Assembly (NCBI GenBank): GCA_045659365.1
Contig: JAZOWT010000087.1
Location: forward strand, 5-64,004
Direction of reading: 5' to 3'
DNA: 64,000 nucleotides
Source of the DNA: Eubacteriales bacterium
GTDB lineage: Bacteria > Bacillota > Clostridia > Oscillospirales > CAG-272
Part shown: piece after piece, positions 27,817-37,117 of the stretch
How positions within the stretch are numbered: position 1 is the first letter of the stretch
Layout: every line of letters begins with the position of its first letter
Program-made: the position numbers and the translations under genes
The notes under the pieces: generated by a model
The model's database searches: none
The model's input: only the letters and a program-made list of their open reading frames with translations
What the model was told of the DNA's origin: nothing

Positions 27817-29312
27817 GCGATATTCTCTTGAAAATGGAGGGGATATGCAAGTCCTTTTCCGGAGTTCGCGCGCTTGATGGCGCCCGGCTCACCCTCAGGC
27901 GCGGCAGTGTGCATGCGCTTATGGGAGAAAACGGCGCAGGCAAGTCTACCCTAATGAAATGCCTTTTTGGAATATACAAAAAGGACTCGGGAAGGATAAT
28001 GCTTAACGACGAGGAGGTTGAGCTTCAAAGCACGAGGGATGCACTCGAACACGGGGTTGCTATGGTGCATCAGGAGCTCAATCAGGCGCTTGATTTATCC
28101 GTAATGGACAACGTTTTCTTAGGACGTATACCAAAAATTATGTCATTTCTCCCCTTTACCAGCGAAAAAAGGCTATACAATGAGACAAAGAAAATATTCG
28201 ACGAATTGGGGCTCGATATTGATCCGCGCGCAAAAATGGAGAGTCTGTCGGTGTCAAAGCGGCAGATGATAGAAATAGCAAAGGCGGTATCATACCGCGC
28301 GAGGGTGATCGTTTTTGACGAGCCGACATCCTCACTGACGGGCCCCGAGGCAGAGCGTTTATTTAAGATAATCGAGCTGTTGAAGCGCGACGGATGCGGC
28401 ATCATATACATTTCGCACAAGATGGACGAGATACTGCGCATAAGCGACGAAGTAACAGTCATGCGCGACGGCAGGCATATTGCAACGCGTCCGTCGTGCG
28501 AGATCGATATGGATGAAATAATACGTCTGATGGTTGGACGGACGATTGAGGACAGGTACCCGGAGAAGACTAACCGCCCCGGTAAGGCACTTCTGCACGT
28601 GCGCGGTCTATCGTCGAGGAGCTCGGGACTAAAAAACGTTGAGTTATCTCTTAAAAGAGGTGAGATACTCGGCATAGCCGGACTTGACGGCTCGGGAAGA
28701 ACTGAGGTTTTGGAGAGCATTTTCGGACTTAAAAGGGTCGATTCGTGTGAGATCACGCTTGATGGAAAGAGGATAGAAAACCGGACACCAAGGGGTGCGA
28801 TAGCCAACGGATTTGCCCTAGTAAGCGAGGAAAGACGTGCCGACGGCATCTTTCCTATACTGTCAATTCTCGAAAATACAGTGATTTCAAGCCTTAAAAG
28901 ATTTAACACGGGTCCTATTCTTTCATCAAAGGCGATGAAAAAAGCGACGATCGAGAACATCGCGAGACTTGGTATTCGCACACCGAGTGAAAGAGCCAAG
29001 ATAGAGTCGCTATCGGGCGGAAATCAGCAAAAGGTGATCATCGGCAGATGGCTTCTGACAGAACCGACGGTGATGATGTTGGATGAGCCGACACGAGGCA
29101 TTGACGTGGGGGCGAAGTACGAGATATACAAGCTGATAATCGAGATGGCTTCAAGCGGCAAGGGGATCATTATGGTTTCCTCGGAGATGCCGGAGCTACT
29201 CGGTATATGTGACAGGATAATCATAATGTCGGGCGGTCGCGTGGCCGGAGAGCTCACGCGCGAAGAGGCGACACAAGAAAAAATAATGGCACTTGCGGCC
29301 AAATTTGCATAG
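27813..29312 (+). CDS. CUT2 sugar ABC transporter ATP-binding protein (tandem NBDs)
   Basis: Walker A GENGAGKST, signature LSGGNQQK, and a second NBD. GTG start overlaps the upstream TGA (GTGA). Confidence 0.9.
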   Translation: MSDILLKMEGICKSFSGVRALDGARLTLRRGSVHALMGENGAGKSTLMKCLFGIYKKDSGRIMLNDEEVELQSTRDALEHGVAMVHQELNQALDLSVMDNVFLGRIPKIMSFLPFTSEKRLYNETKKIFDELGLDIDPRAKMESLSVSKRQMIEIAKAVSYRARVIVFDEPTSSLTGPEAERLFKIIELLKRDGCGIIYISHKMDEILRISDEVTVMRDGRHIATRPSCEIDMDEIIRLMVGRTIEDRYPEKTNRPGKALLHVRGLSSRSSGLKNVELSLKRGEILGIAGLDGSGRTEVLESIFGLKRVDSCEITLDGKRIENRTPRGAIANGFALVSEERRADGIFPILSILENTVISSLKRFNTGPILSSKAMKKATIENIARLGIRTPSERAKIESLSGGNQQKVIIGRWLLTEPTVMMLDEPTRGIDVGAKYEIYKLIIEMASSGKGIIMVSSEMPELLGICDRIIIMSGGRVAGELTREEATQEKIMALAAKFA

Positions 29313-29322
29313 ACGAGGCTAT

Positions 29323-30429
29323 ATGAAAAAACTGTTTAACTGCCCTATGGAGGGTATGAAGGAAAAGATGAGGCGAGCAAAGGGTAAGATGCGCGAATTT
29401 CTCGAGCTCGATAAAGCCGCAAAGGTCAAAAGAGTTACGGAATTTGTGCTTGACAATGCTATGGTCATTATAATACTTATCGCTATTTTCACAATAGCCA
29501 TAGTACGTCCGCGCTTTCTTTCGGTATCCTCTGTTATAAATATAATATCGCTGACTGCAGCCAAGCTGCCGATAGCGCTTGGAATAGGCGGTGCAATTGT
29601 TCTTTCCGGAACCGATATATCGGCAGGACGTGCAGTGGGGCTTACGGCCTGCATAACCGCTTCACTATTGCAATCAACGGGATATGCGCACAAGATGTTC
29701 CCCGCACTTCCAACACTTCCTATCCCATTGGTTTTGCTTATAGCGATGATGGTTGGCGCGGTGATTGGAGTTATAAACGGTTTTTTCGTTGCTAAGTTCA
29801 AGCTGCATCCGTTTATAGTTACGCTCTCGACACAGCTTGTTATTTTCGGTGCCACCCTATTATATTTACAGATCGGAGACAACGGCGGGCAGACACTGTC
29901 AGGTCTTGACGAATCCTACGTGAGCTTCATAAGTGGACCGCTGTTGAGAGTGAGCGGGATCCCTGTGCCGAGATACGTGCTTTATGCTATAATTATAACC
30001 GCTATAATGTGGGTGATATGGAACAAAACAACGTTTGGTAAGAACATGTTTGCGGTCGGTTCCAATGAGGATGCGGCGAGAGTTTCGGGCGTTAGCGTAT
30101 TCAAGACAATAATTCTGGTATTTATGCTTGCGGGAATTATGTACGCGATAACCGGATTTATCGAGGGCGCGAGAATCGGATCGATCGCATCCTACACCGG
30201 TCTTAACTACGAGAGCGATGCTATTGCGGCATGCGTCATCGGTGGCGTATCATTCGTTGGAGGTACGGGACGGATAAGCGGCATTGTGATCGGTGTGCTT
30301 CTTTTACAGATCATATTTGTAGGACTCAACTTTTTATCAGTCGATCAGAATATGCTGTATATCATCAAGGGACTCATAATCCTGCTTGCCTGTGCGGTGG
30401 ATATGAGAAAGCATTTAAAAAGAAGATGA
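29323..30429 (+). CDS. CUT2 sugar ABC transporter permease (MglC/RbsC-like)
   Basis: About 10 TM segments, family-typical GIDLSVG-like segment GTDISAGR, and a basic N-terminal extension. Confidence 0.85.
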   Translation: MKKLFNCPMEGMKEKMRRAKGKMREFLELDKAAKVKRVTEFVLDNAMVIIILIAIFTIAIVRPRFLSVSSVINIISLTAAKLPIALGIGGAIVLSGTDISAGRAVGLTACITASLLQSTGYAHKMFPALPTLPIPLVLLIAMMVGAVIGVINGFFVAKFKLHPFIVTLSTQLVIFGATLLYLQIGDNGGQTLSGLDESYVSFISGPLLRVSGIPVPRYVLYAIIITAIMWVIWNKTTFGKNMFAVGSNEDAARVSGVSVFKTIILVFMLAGIMYAITGFIEGARIGSIASYTGLNYESDAIAACVIGGVSFVGGTGRISGIVIGVLLLQIIFVGLNFLSVDQNMLYIIKGLIILLACAVDMRKHLKRR

Positions 30430-30446
30430 TAATATAAAAAAACAAA

Positions 30447-30476
30447 AGAAAAAGCTCCGTGATGGAGCTTTTTCTT
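30447..30476. terminator. Terminator between convergent genes
   Basis: AGCTCC (30453-30458) pairs with GGAGCT (30464-30469), extended by A-run/T-run pairing. Confidence 0.6.
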
Positions 30477-30491
30477 GTATTTACTGGAGTT

Positions 30492-31373
30492 TTAGTCGTT
30501 TTTGACGTGCACGTCGAGCTGGTTGTAGGGGATCTCGATACCGTTCTTATCGAACTCTGCTTTAACGCTTTCAAGAACGTCGAAGTACACAGTCCAATAA
30601 TCAGCGCTATTTACCCAGACTCTTGCGGCAATGTCGATCGAGCTTGAGTTGTGTGTGGATACGCGTACGGTTGTAGCCTTATCCTTGAGTGTAAGCTCGT
30701 GCGAAGCAAATACCTCGTTTATGATTGCCTTTGCCTTTTCAAAATCGTTGTTGTAGCTGATCGAGAAGGTGAAGTCAACACGGCGAAGATCGTTTTCGGA
30801 GTAGTTTACAATATTGCCGTTAGCAAGCGCACCGTTGGGGATATAAACCACCTTGTTATCGGGAGTGAATATTCTCGTATTGGTGAGACGGATATCCTGG
30901 ACGGTACCGCTATATCCCTGCGCCTCGATGTAGTCATCGATCTTGAAGGGTCTGGTGATAATAATGAGAAGTCCGCCGGCGATATTCGAAACCGCGCCGT
31001 TAACAGCAAGACCGAGGCAGACACCAAGGGAAGCGATAAGAGCGGTGATGGCGCTGGTATCAATACCAAGGTAGCCAATAAGACAAACGAGAACAATACT
31101 CTTTGCGCCTATCCTTACAAGGTAAGCAAGAGTCTTCATTATCGTTTTGTCACGTTTGGGAAGCTCGCCGCTGCGCTGAATTCTTTTCGCGATAACGTTT
31201 ATTATCTTAAACGAAATGAACAGCACAATAAGAGCTATAATAACCTTTATTCCGGTGGTAAGAACCCAGTTAACAACGTTGTTAAGAAGCTTTGACCAGT
31301 CTATTGACACGTCGGGTACAACTGTTTCAACCTCTGTGGTGCCTGCATCAGCAGTAAGAAGCATTTTGTACAT
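30492..31373 (-). CDS. Small-conductance mechanosensitive channel (MscS family)
   Basis: Three N-terminal TM segments, then the MscS beta-domain pattern FKIDDYIEAQGYSGTVQDIRLTNTRIFTPDNKVVYIPNG. Confidence 0.85.
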   Translation of the reverse strand: MYKMLLTADAGTTEVETVVPDVSIDWSKLLNNVVNWVLTTGIKVIIALIVLFISFKIINVIAKRIQRSGELPKRDKTIMKTLAYLVRIGAKSIVLVCLIGYLGIDTSAITALIASLGVCLGLAVNGAVSNIAGGLLIIITRPFKIDDYIEAQGYSGTVQDIRLTNTRIFTPDNKVVYIPNGALANGNIVNYSENDLRRVDFTFSISYNNDFEKAKAIINEVFASHELTLKDKATTVRVSTHNSSSIDIAARVWVNSADYWTVYFDVLESVKAEFDKNGIEIPYNQLDVHVKND

Positions 31374-31440
31374 ATTACTTTGATTTATCCTTTCTTTTAA
31401 TATAAATAGATTATATCACTGTATCGATAATTTGTCAATA

Positions 31441-31470
31441 AAAAAGTCGGAGCACCGAAGTGCTCCGACT
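31441..31470 (-). terminator. Rho-independent terminator closing the 13-kb operon
   Basis: GTCGGAGCAC (31446-31455), loop CGAA, GTGCTCCGAC (31460-31469). A T-run follows on the minus strand. Confidence 0.8.
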
Positions 31471-31483
31471 GAAAAATGTTTTT

Positions 31484-32536
31484 TTATCCTACAAGACCGG
31501 AACGCTCAATACCCTGTACAAGGTACTTCTGACAGAACAGGTACATAATTACAAGCGGGAATATGATCATTATTGCCGCGGTATTACGGATAGCTGTCTC
31601 GTACAGCGATCTACCTGCAAAGTTTTCATAGGTAAGTGAGGGAGGGATCTTGCTGAGCAGGTCGGGCATAAGATACATCTTATTTCTACTGATCATGAAG
31701 AAGATCTGAGTGTAGAAGTTATCCGTCCACTGCCAGGAGAAGGAGAAGAGGAAGATCGTGATCATCATAGGTACGGAAAGAGGAATGATGATCGAGAAGA
31801 AGGTTCGGAAGGTGCCCGAGCCGTCAACGTAAGCGGACTCCTCAAGCTCATCGGGAACGCCCTTGAAGAACTGACGCATAAGGTATATGTAAAGTCCGTT
31901 CTTAAAGGCAAGACCGAAGATGGAAAGTATGATAAGCGGCCAGAACGTGTTAGACAAGTCGAGCTGAGCGCCATCAAGGATGATATCCATAATTCCACGG
32001 TAGCTCCAAGCATTGACCTTAAGGAAGTCAAAGTCGGTGAAGTGCTGAATAAGTGACATTCTCATTGTTCTATGAGGAATTACCATCGTAAGGACAACGG
32101 CTGCCATCAAGATCTTATTACCCTTGAACTTGAACTTTGCAAGTCCGTAACCGATAAGGCAGGCGATAAGAGTCTGAATAATAGCACAGAACAGGGAGAG
32201 GAGCGCGGTGTTAAGAAGCGCTTCGAAATATCTGTTCTCTGTTATCATGTACTTATAGATATCAATAGTGAAATGCTTAGGGATAATTGCAACGGTTGCG
32301 TCAACAACGTCTTCCTTGCTCATGAAGGATCCGGCAATCTTAGTTACGAAGGGGAAAATGATTACGTAGGAAACGCCAAGCATGAGTATAAAACGGAACA
32401 GGTTAATGACAGCCTTGATCCAGGTGTTAGAAGCCTTAAGCTTCTGCTTCATTCTTTCCTGCAGAGAGAGCTTGCCTTCGTAATCAACGCGGATCTTATT
32501 TTTGGTTTCTTTAGTTACTGTAGTTTTAGAATCCAT
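31484..32536 (-). CDS. CUT1 carbohydrate ABC transporter permease (MalG/LplC-like), second pair
   Basis: EAA loop EESAYVDGSGTFRTFFSIIIP, six TM segments and a ~40-aa basic N-terminal extension. AAGGAGG RBS. Confidence 0.85.
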   Translation of the reverse strand: MDSKTTVTKETKNKIRVDYEGKLSLQERMKQKLKASNTWIKAVINLFRFILMLGVSYVIIFPFVTKIAGSFMSKEDVVDATVAIIPKHFTIDIYKYMITENRYFEALLNTALLSLFCAIIQTLIACLIGYGLAKFKFKGNKILMAAVVLTMVIPHRTMRMSLIQHFTDFDFLKVNAWSYRGIMDIILDGAQLDLSNTFWPLIILSIFGLAFKNGLYIYLMRQFFKGVPDELEESAYVDGSGTFRTFFSIIIPLSVPMMITIFLFSFSWQWTDNFYTQIFFMISRNKMYLMPDLLSKIPPSLTYENFAGRSLYETAIRNTAAIMIIFPLVIMYLFCQKYLVQGIERSGLVG

Positions 32537-32548
32537 GTTGACACCTCC

Positions 32549-33487
32549 TTAATCTCTTCTCTGATAGAATATGAACGACGATGCCACAGCTGCAACGACA
32601 ACAATTATCAGTACAACTATTATGAAGTAAATCCAGGACATCGCAATAGACGATTCGGCATTAACCGTAGCGATATAAGACATAACCGTATTGGTGTCAC
32701 GGGTGAACGCGTCTATAATCGTATATGCGGCATTTACAAGAATCATGGGAGAGATCATCGGGAAGGTTATCTTCCAGAAGGTTTCCCAACCGGTTGCACC
32801 GTCGATGGTACAAGCCTCGTAAATTGCAGGAGAGATAGACTGAAGACCCGCAAGGAATATAAGCATCTGTACACCGGAGTAGTTAATGATGTTATAAATA
32901 TCATTAACCAGACCTACAACGCTTGTTACAATTTCCGATCCGAAGCCCAGCTCGGCAAACATCTCCTGAATATCCATTACGGATACGATATCGTTTGCAG
33001 AGGAGCCGGAACCGTCATCGATACCGCCGGACATAATATTCTGCATAGCGTCGGATGCGTTGATCGTTTCCATAATACCGGTTGCGATAATAACGGGAAC
33101 GAAGAAGATCGCACGGAACGCTGCTCTACCAAGCATCTTCTGGTTAAGAACAACTGCAATAAACAGAGAGAATATGATAACCGCGGGAACCTCAAGCACG
33201 AGCTGCTGAAGTCCGGCAAGAAGTGCGGTAACGAAGTCGGGAGTATCGAATGCGTCCTTGTAGAACTCAAGGCCAACAAACTCGATAACGGTGGTGGGCA
33301 TACCGTTTACCATAGGTCCGTCGATCTCACGGTTAAAGGAGAACCAGATCGAGTCGAGAAGGATGGGAAGGTAAACAAGGAATATACCGAGAATAAAGGG
33401 GAGAGTGAAGAGGTAGCCTGCGCGAGCTCTTCTAGCGTCGAGCGATTTTCTTCTTCTAGGAAGCTTAAGAGAAATTTTCTTATCCAT
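32549..33487 (-). CDS. CUT1 carbohydrate ABC transporter permease (MalF/LplB-like), second pair
   Basis: EAA loop YEACTIDGATGWETFWKITFP. AAGGAGGAG RBS. Confidence 0.85.
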   Translation of the reverse strand: MDKKISLKLPRRRKSLDARRARAGYLFTLPFILGIFLVYLPILLDSIWFSFNREIDGPMVNGMPTTVIEFVGLEFYKDAFDTPDFVTALLAGLQQLVLEVPAVIIFSLFIAVVLNQKMLGRAAFRAIFFVPVIIATGIMETINASDAMQNIMSGGIDDGSGSSANDIVSVMDIQEMFAELGFGSEIVTSVVGLVNDIYNIINYSGVQMLIFLAGLQSISPAIYEACTIDGATGWETFWKITFPMISPMILVNAAYTIIDAFTRDTNTVMSYIATVNAESSIAMSWIYFIIVVLIIVVVAAVASSFIFYQRRD

Positions 33488-33506
33488 TTTTTACTCCTCC
33501 TTATCC

Positions 33507-36500
33507 TTAAATTTTCTTATATTCGTACTTGCCAAGGGTATAAACCTGGCCGTCAATACGAACATTTACAGTGTAGATATTGTAGTTAAGAATGAAGCGA
33601 ACAACACTATCACCCTTCTGGTAGGTAACGATTGCTACCTTGCCGTTGTCAAGAGTGTACTCGGTTGTTGTGTAAACGCTGTCATCCTCAAGACAATCGG
33701 AGAGTGTGTAGAAGCAATAGTTAGATGCATAGTTATCCATAGCACCGATGTTAACGTCAACATTGAGAGCCTCGGTTTCGGAGCCGGGATACTGAGTGGT
33801 GTAGGACTCAATAAGAACTGCGAGCTTAGTAGTGAAAGAATCCTGGTTAAAGACGGACTCAAGATCCTGCTCGGAGAACTGCTTGCCTACAGCATCGTTC
33901 TTGAACTGATTAACGATAGCATCGATATCAAATACTACTCTTACTCTCTCGTCGTACTTGCCCTCTGCCTTAAGCTGTGCGAAGGTTGCATTGATCTTAG
34001 CAACAATGTCAGCCTCAAGGAACTCGAGGTACTCTTTCTCAAGAGCATTGTAGTCGGAGCGCTTTTCACCCTCTTCTCTGCTACGCTCTACGATTACGGT
34101 CTTGTGATCTACGATCTCGTAATCCTGGAGAGAACCGATCTGAGTGTTAAGCTCGTGATAGGTCTTGAGCATATCAGCATACCATGCGTCATAGTTAACA
34201 CCGTAGTACTTGTTGAGCAGCTCATCCTCCTTCATGTAGGAGGTATTCTGATAACAAAGAATGAAGTAAGGTGAGGCACCGTTCTCGATAGAACGAAGGA
34301 TCTCGTAGTCGATAGAGCCGCTGTAGTTGATGGGGCTGCCAGCGTAGTTAACGTGGCCGTGAAGGATCATACCAACGAAGGGTACTGCATAAGACGAGAA
34401 CTGGAAATGGCTGGAGTCAGTAGCAACGTTGAGAATGTGCTCAGCGTACTTAACTGTGTAGATATTTCCGGCATCGAGCATAAGGCTGTATCCGTCGGTG
34501 TTGGCGATTCTGTCAAGAAGCGCGATAACGTCTGCTCTTGCCTGGTCACGGTTAATGGAGTTATCCTTATCGAAGTTGGAGTTGATGTCAGAGCCAAGGG
34601 TAGATGCGGAGAGGTTCTTGATATCGTACTTGGAGTAGTCTTCATGGAAGTCGGAGTAAAGAGAATCAAGTGCATCGGAGGAGATAACGAGAGTGAAGAA
34701 GTTTTCATACTTCTGAAGCACTGCGTTGTACGTCTGCTTGGACGCGTAACGGTTATCAACCATTCGGGATGCGGTATTTCCCTTTCTTATACCGTCGAAC
34801 GCCGAGGTGTTCGTGATATACATGAAGTCGAATTCAGGATATACAGAGAAGTTGATACCCTCCTCTGCAGATACAGAGTTGGTGGTTGCAACAAGATCTC
34901 TAAAGCCATCTTTACCACCGCACTTACGCTCCCACTTTACCTTGGAGGGGTAGGTGTAATACATACCGTCGTTAGCAAAGCCGGTAAGACGGTAGTTGAT
35001 GTTCTTGATGTCACTGATCTTGGTGAGAAGATCCTCATACTCTGCTGCCTGACGGCGGTAGAGCTCCTTATCGGACTCCTCCTCTGCCGCCTCTACGTTA
35101 GCATAGCACTCGTCAATGAGGCTCTGCACGTGCTCGGTAGCATTTGCAAGCTCGTTGTACATAGTTACTACGTCTTCAAAGGTGGTAAGAGGAATGGTAG
35201 TTTCAACAGGGAAAGTAAGGACCTTCTTGAGTATGCTCATAGTACCGAACGTTTCGAGATAAAGAGGAATGTTGCCCTCGCTCATAATCTCAAGCGCACC
35301 GAGAGTTCCATCGGCCTTAAGATAGTTACGGTAGTAGGAAGCCATACCTGCATAGGTAGTGTTGTAGTAGTTGCCGGCGCCATAAAGAGTCGTACCAACG
35401 TTGTCATCAACAAGCATGGTGTATCTGGTTATGTAAGAGCCGGTGTACTTAGACTCGGAAACTATGGTGTAGGTACCGAGAGAACCAACCGAGAGAGTCT
35501 TGGAAAGGTCATACTCGTCGGAGGGATAGGGAGAATAGGATGCGAATACGTTAACAAACTTGTGAGAGGAACCACCGGACGAGAAGTTAAGCTGTGCAAG
35601 AGTTGCACCCTCCTCAAGGATCGCAAAGTAACCGGTCTCGGTCTTTGCACCGGAGGTGGAGCCTGATGCAGCAAGCATATCCGCAGTGGTCTGGTTAGTG
35701 TTAAGCTGAGTTACGAGGCCGTATACGGGCATGGTGATCTGCTGACGGTGTGCACCGGTGATGGTGGAGTAGCAGTAGTCATGGCCGAAAACTTCTGCGT
35801 AAAGGGAGAGGTTGATCTTCTTACCGGTTGCTTCACTGTAGAAGTCGTCGAAGCTGATAACGGTACCGCTACCATCGGGGAAGAAGAAGAAACCGTCCTC
35901 GGACATATCACCGCAACCAAAATACTGGAGGGGAGTTATGTTCTCGAGAGTGTAAACCGTTTCATCAAAAGAAACGGAGTTTGCGGGAAGACGCACACTG
36001 AGAGAGCCATCCTCGTTGAAGGTGTACTCAAGAGCACATCTGAGAACGAGCTTCTGCTCCTCGCTGTGGACGTATCCACACTCTTCCTCATCATCGTACA
36101 TGTCGATGATGTCGTATTCAGGACAAAGAGTCTTGATATAGTTGGAATACTGCTTCTTGATAGAGTTATCAACGGTCATATCGAATACGTATACTGCAGT
36201 GCCGTTTGCGGTGATGGGAAACTGCTTGTTGATAGTAGCAAGAGTCTCCGGATCATCAGCGTACATTGCGGGATCCTTAAGCGAATATGCGTTGGAAAGA
36301 AGCATTATGGGTTTGATGTAGTTGTCGTACAGCTGCTTATTGCTGGTGTAGGTCTGTACCTCAGTGATATAGCCCTGGAGCTTAGTAAACTCGATATAAC
36401 CCTTGTTTTCGATATCGTCATATCTACTGCCTACAAAATCAAATGCGGAATTAGGCTCAACCTCCTCAAACTTATCACCGAGCGCCTCAAGCATGGGAAG

Positions 36501-37100
36501 AATGATGTCGTTGGTGAAATCCTCAGCGGTAATGATACCGGGGAGAAGATATCTTGTTGAGGTATCACCGAGTGTGTAGTTAACACGAAGGCCACCTGCA
36601 ATCTCGGTTACGCTGATCTGACCGTACATAGATGCCCAGTGAACACTGTTGTAGTTGAACTGGTTAGACGAAACGGAGGTCTCGTACATCTTGATGCTGA
36701 TCTGGCTCATGATCTCCTCAGCGAGGTTGCCGGTAATGTTGGTGTATGCGGGATTTACCGGGTTACTGGTGAGGATCTGGCCGGAAAAATTGTTGCGGTA
36801 GTAGAGGAAACCGGTGTAACGGTTTACATATATGGTGTAAAGTCCGTCAACGCTGGTGGAGTGGTCAAGGTAACCAGCCTCAAGCTCGTATGCGAGCATT
36901 TCCTCTGCAGTGTCGAAGTTGTACTTAAGATACACATCTGAGATGTATGTCTTTATCTCGTCGAGAGTCATCGTTGCCTCCGATACGGAGGTGGAGGGGG
37001 AGTAAGCCGCCTCCGCCTCAGTCGCGGGAATCACAACGGAAACCGCCGTGAAAAGCAATACAAGCACCAAAGCAGTCGATAATATTCTTTTAATTTTCAT
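33507..37100 (-). CDS. 1197-aa secreted or membrane-anchored protein of unknown function
   Basis: Signal peptide MKIKRILSTALVLVLLFTAVSVVIPATEAEA and an AGGAGG RBS. I recognise no catalytic motif. From memory it may correspond to DUF5696-type proteins; unverified. Confidence 0.8.
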   Translation of the reverse strand: MKIKRILSTALVLVLLFTAVSVVIPATEAEAAYSPSTSVSEATMTLDEIKTYISDVYLKYNFDTAEEMLAYELEAGYLDHSTSVDGLYTIYVNRYTGFLYYRNNFSGQILTSNPVNPAYTNITGNLAEEIMSQISIKMYETSVSSNQFNYNSVHWASMYGQISVTEIAGGLRVNYTLGDTSTRYLLPGIITAEDFTNDIILPMLEALGDKFEEVEPNSAFDFVGSRYDDIENKGYIEFTKLQGYITEVQTYTSNKQLYDNYIKPIMLLSNAYSLKDPAMYADDPETLATINKQFPITANGTAVYVFDMTVDNSIKKQYSNYIKTLCPEYDIIDMYDDEEECGYVHSEEQKLVLRCALEYTFNEDGSLSVRLPANSVSFDETVYTLENITPLQYFGCGDMSEDGFFFFPDGSGTVISFDDFYSEATGKKINLSLYAEVFGHDYCYSTITGAHRQQITMPVYGLVTQLNTNQTTADMLAASGSTSGAKTETGYFAILEEGATLAQLNFSSGGSSHKFVNVFASYSPYPSDEYDLSKTLSVGSLGTYTIVSESKYTGSYITRYTMLVDDNVGTTLYGAGNYYNTTYAGMASYYRNYLKADGTLGALEIMSEGNIPLYLETFGTMSILKKVLTFPVETTIPLTTFEDVVTMYNELANATEHVQSLIDECYANVEAAEEESDKELYRRQAAEYEDLLTKISDIKNINYRLTGFANDGMYYTYPSKVKWERKCGGKDGFRDLVATTNSVSAEEGINFSVYPEFDFMYITNTSAFDGIRKGNTASRMVDNRYASKQTYNAVLQKYENFFTLVISSDALDSLYSDFHEDYSKYDIKNLSASTLGSDINSNFDKDNSINRDQARADVIALLDRIANTDGYSLMLDAGNIYTVKYAEHILNVATDSSHFQFSSYAVPFVGMILHGHVNYAGSPINYSGSIDYEILRSIENGASPYFILCYQNTSYMKEDELLNKYYGVNYDAWYADMLKTYHELNTQIGSLQDYEIVDHKTVIVERSREEGEKRSDYNALEKEYLEFLEADIVAKINATFAQLKAEGKYDERVRVVFDIDAIVNQFKNDAVGKQFSEQDLESVFNQDSFTTKLAVLIESYTTQYPGSETEALNVDVNIGAMDNYASNYCFYTLSDCLEDDSVYTTTEYTLDNGKVAIVTYQKGDSVVRFILNYNIYTVNVRIDGQVYTLGKYEYKKI

Positions 37101-37117
37101 TCTATTTACCTCCTGCT

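Noticed and set aside
32072-33589. 505-aa plus-strand ORF; similar long plus-strand ORFs at 34353-35666, 35748-36560, 38201-38923, 41585-42406 and 42905-44485
   Set aside because: All lie antisense to strongly supported minus-strand genes that have RBSs, EAA loops and signal peptides. Their translations are low-complexity (rich in V, G, R, N, C), and they lack RBSs. They are best explained by codon bias in the sense genes removing antisense stop codons.
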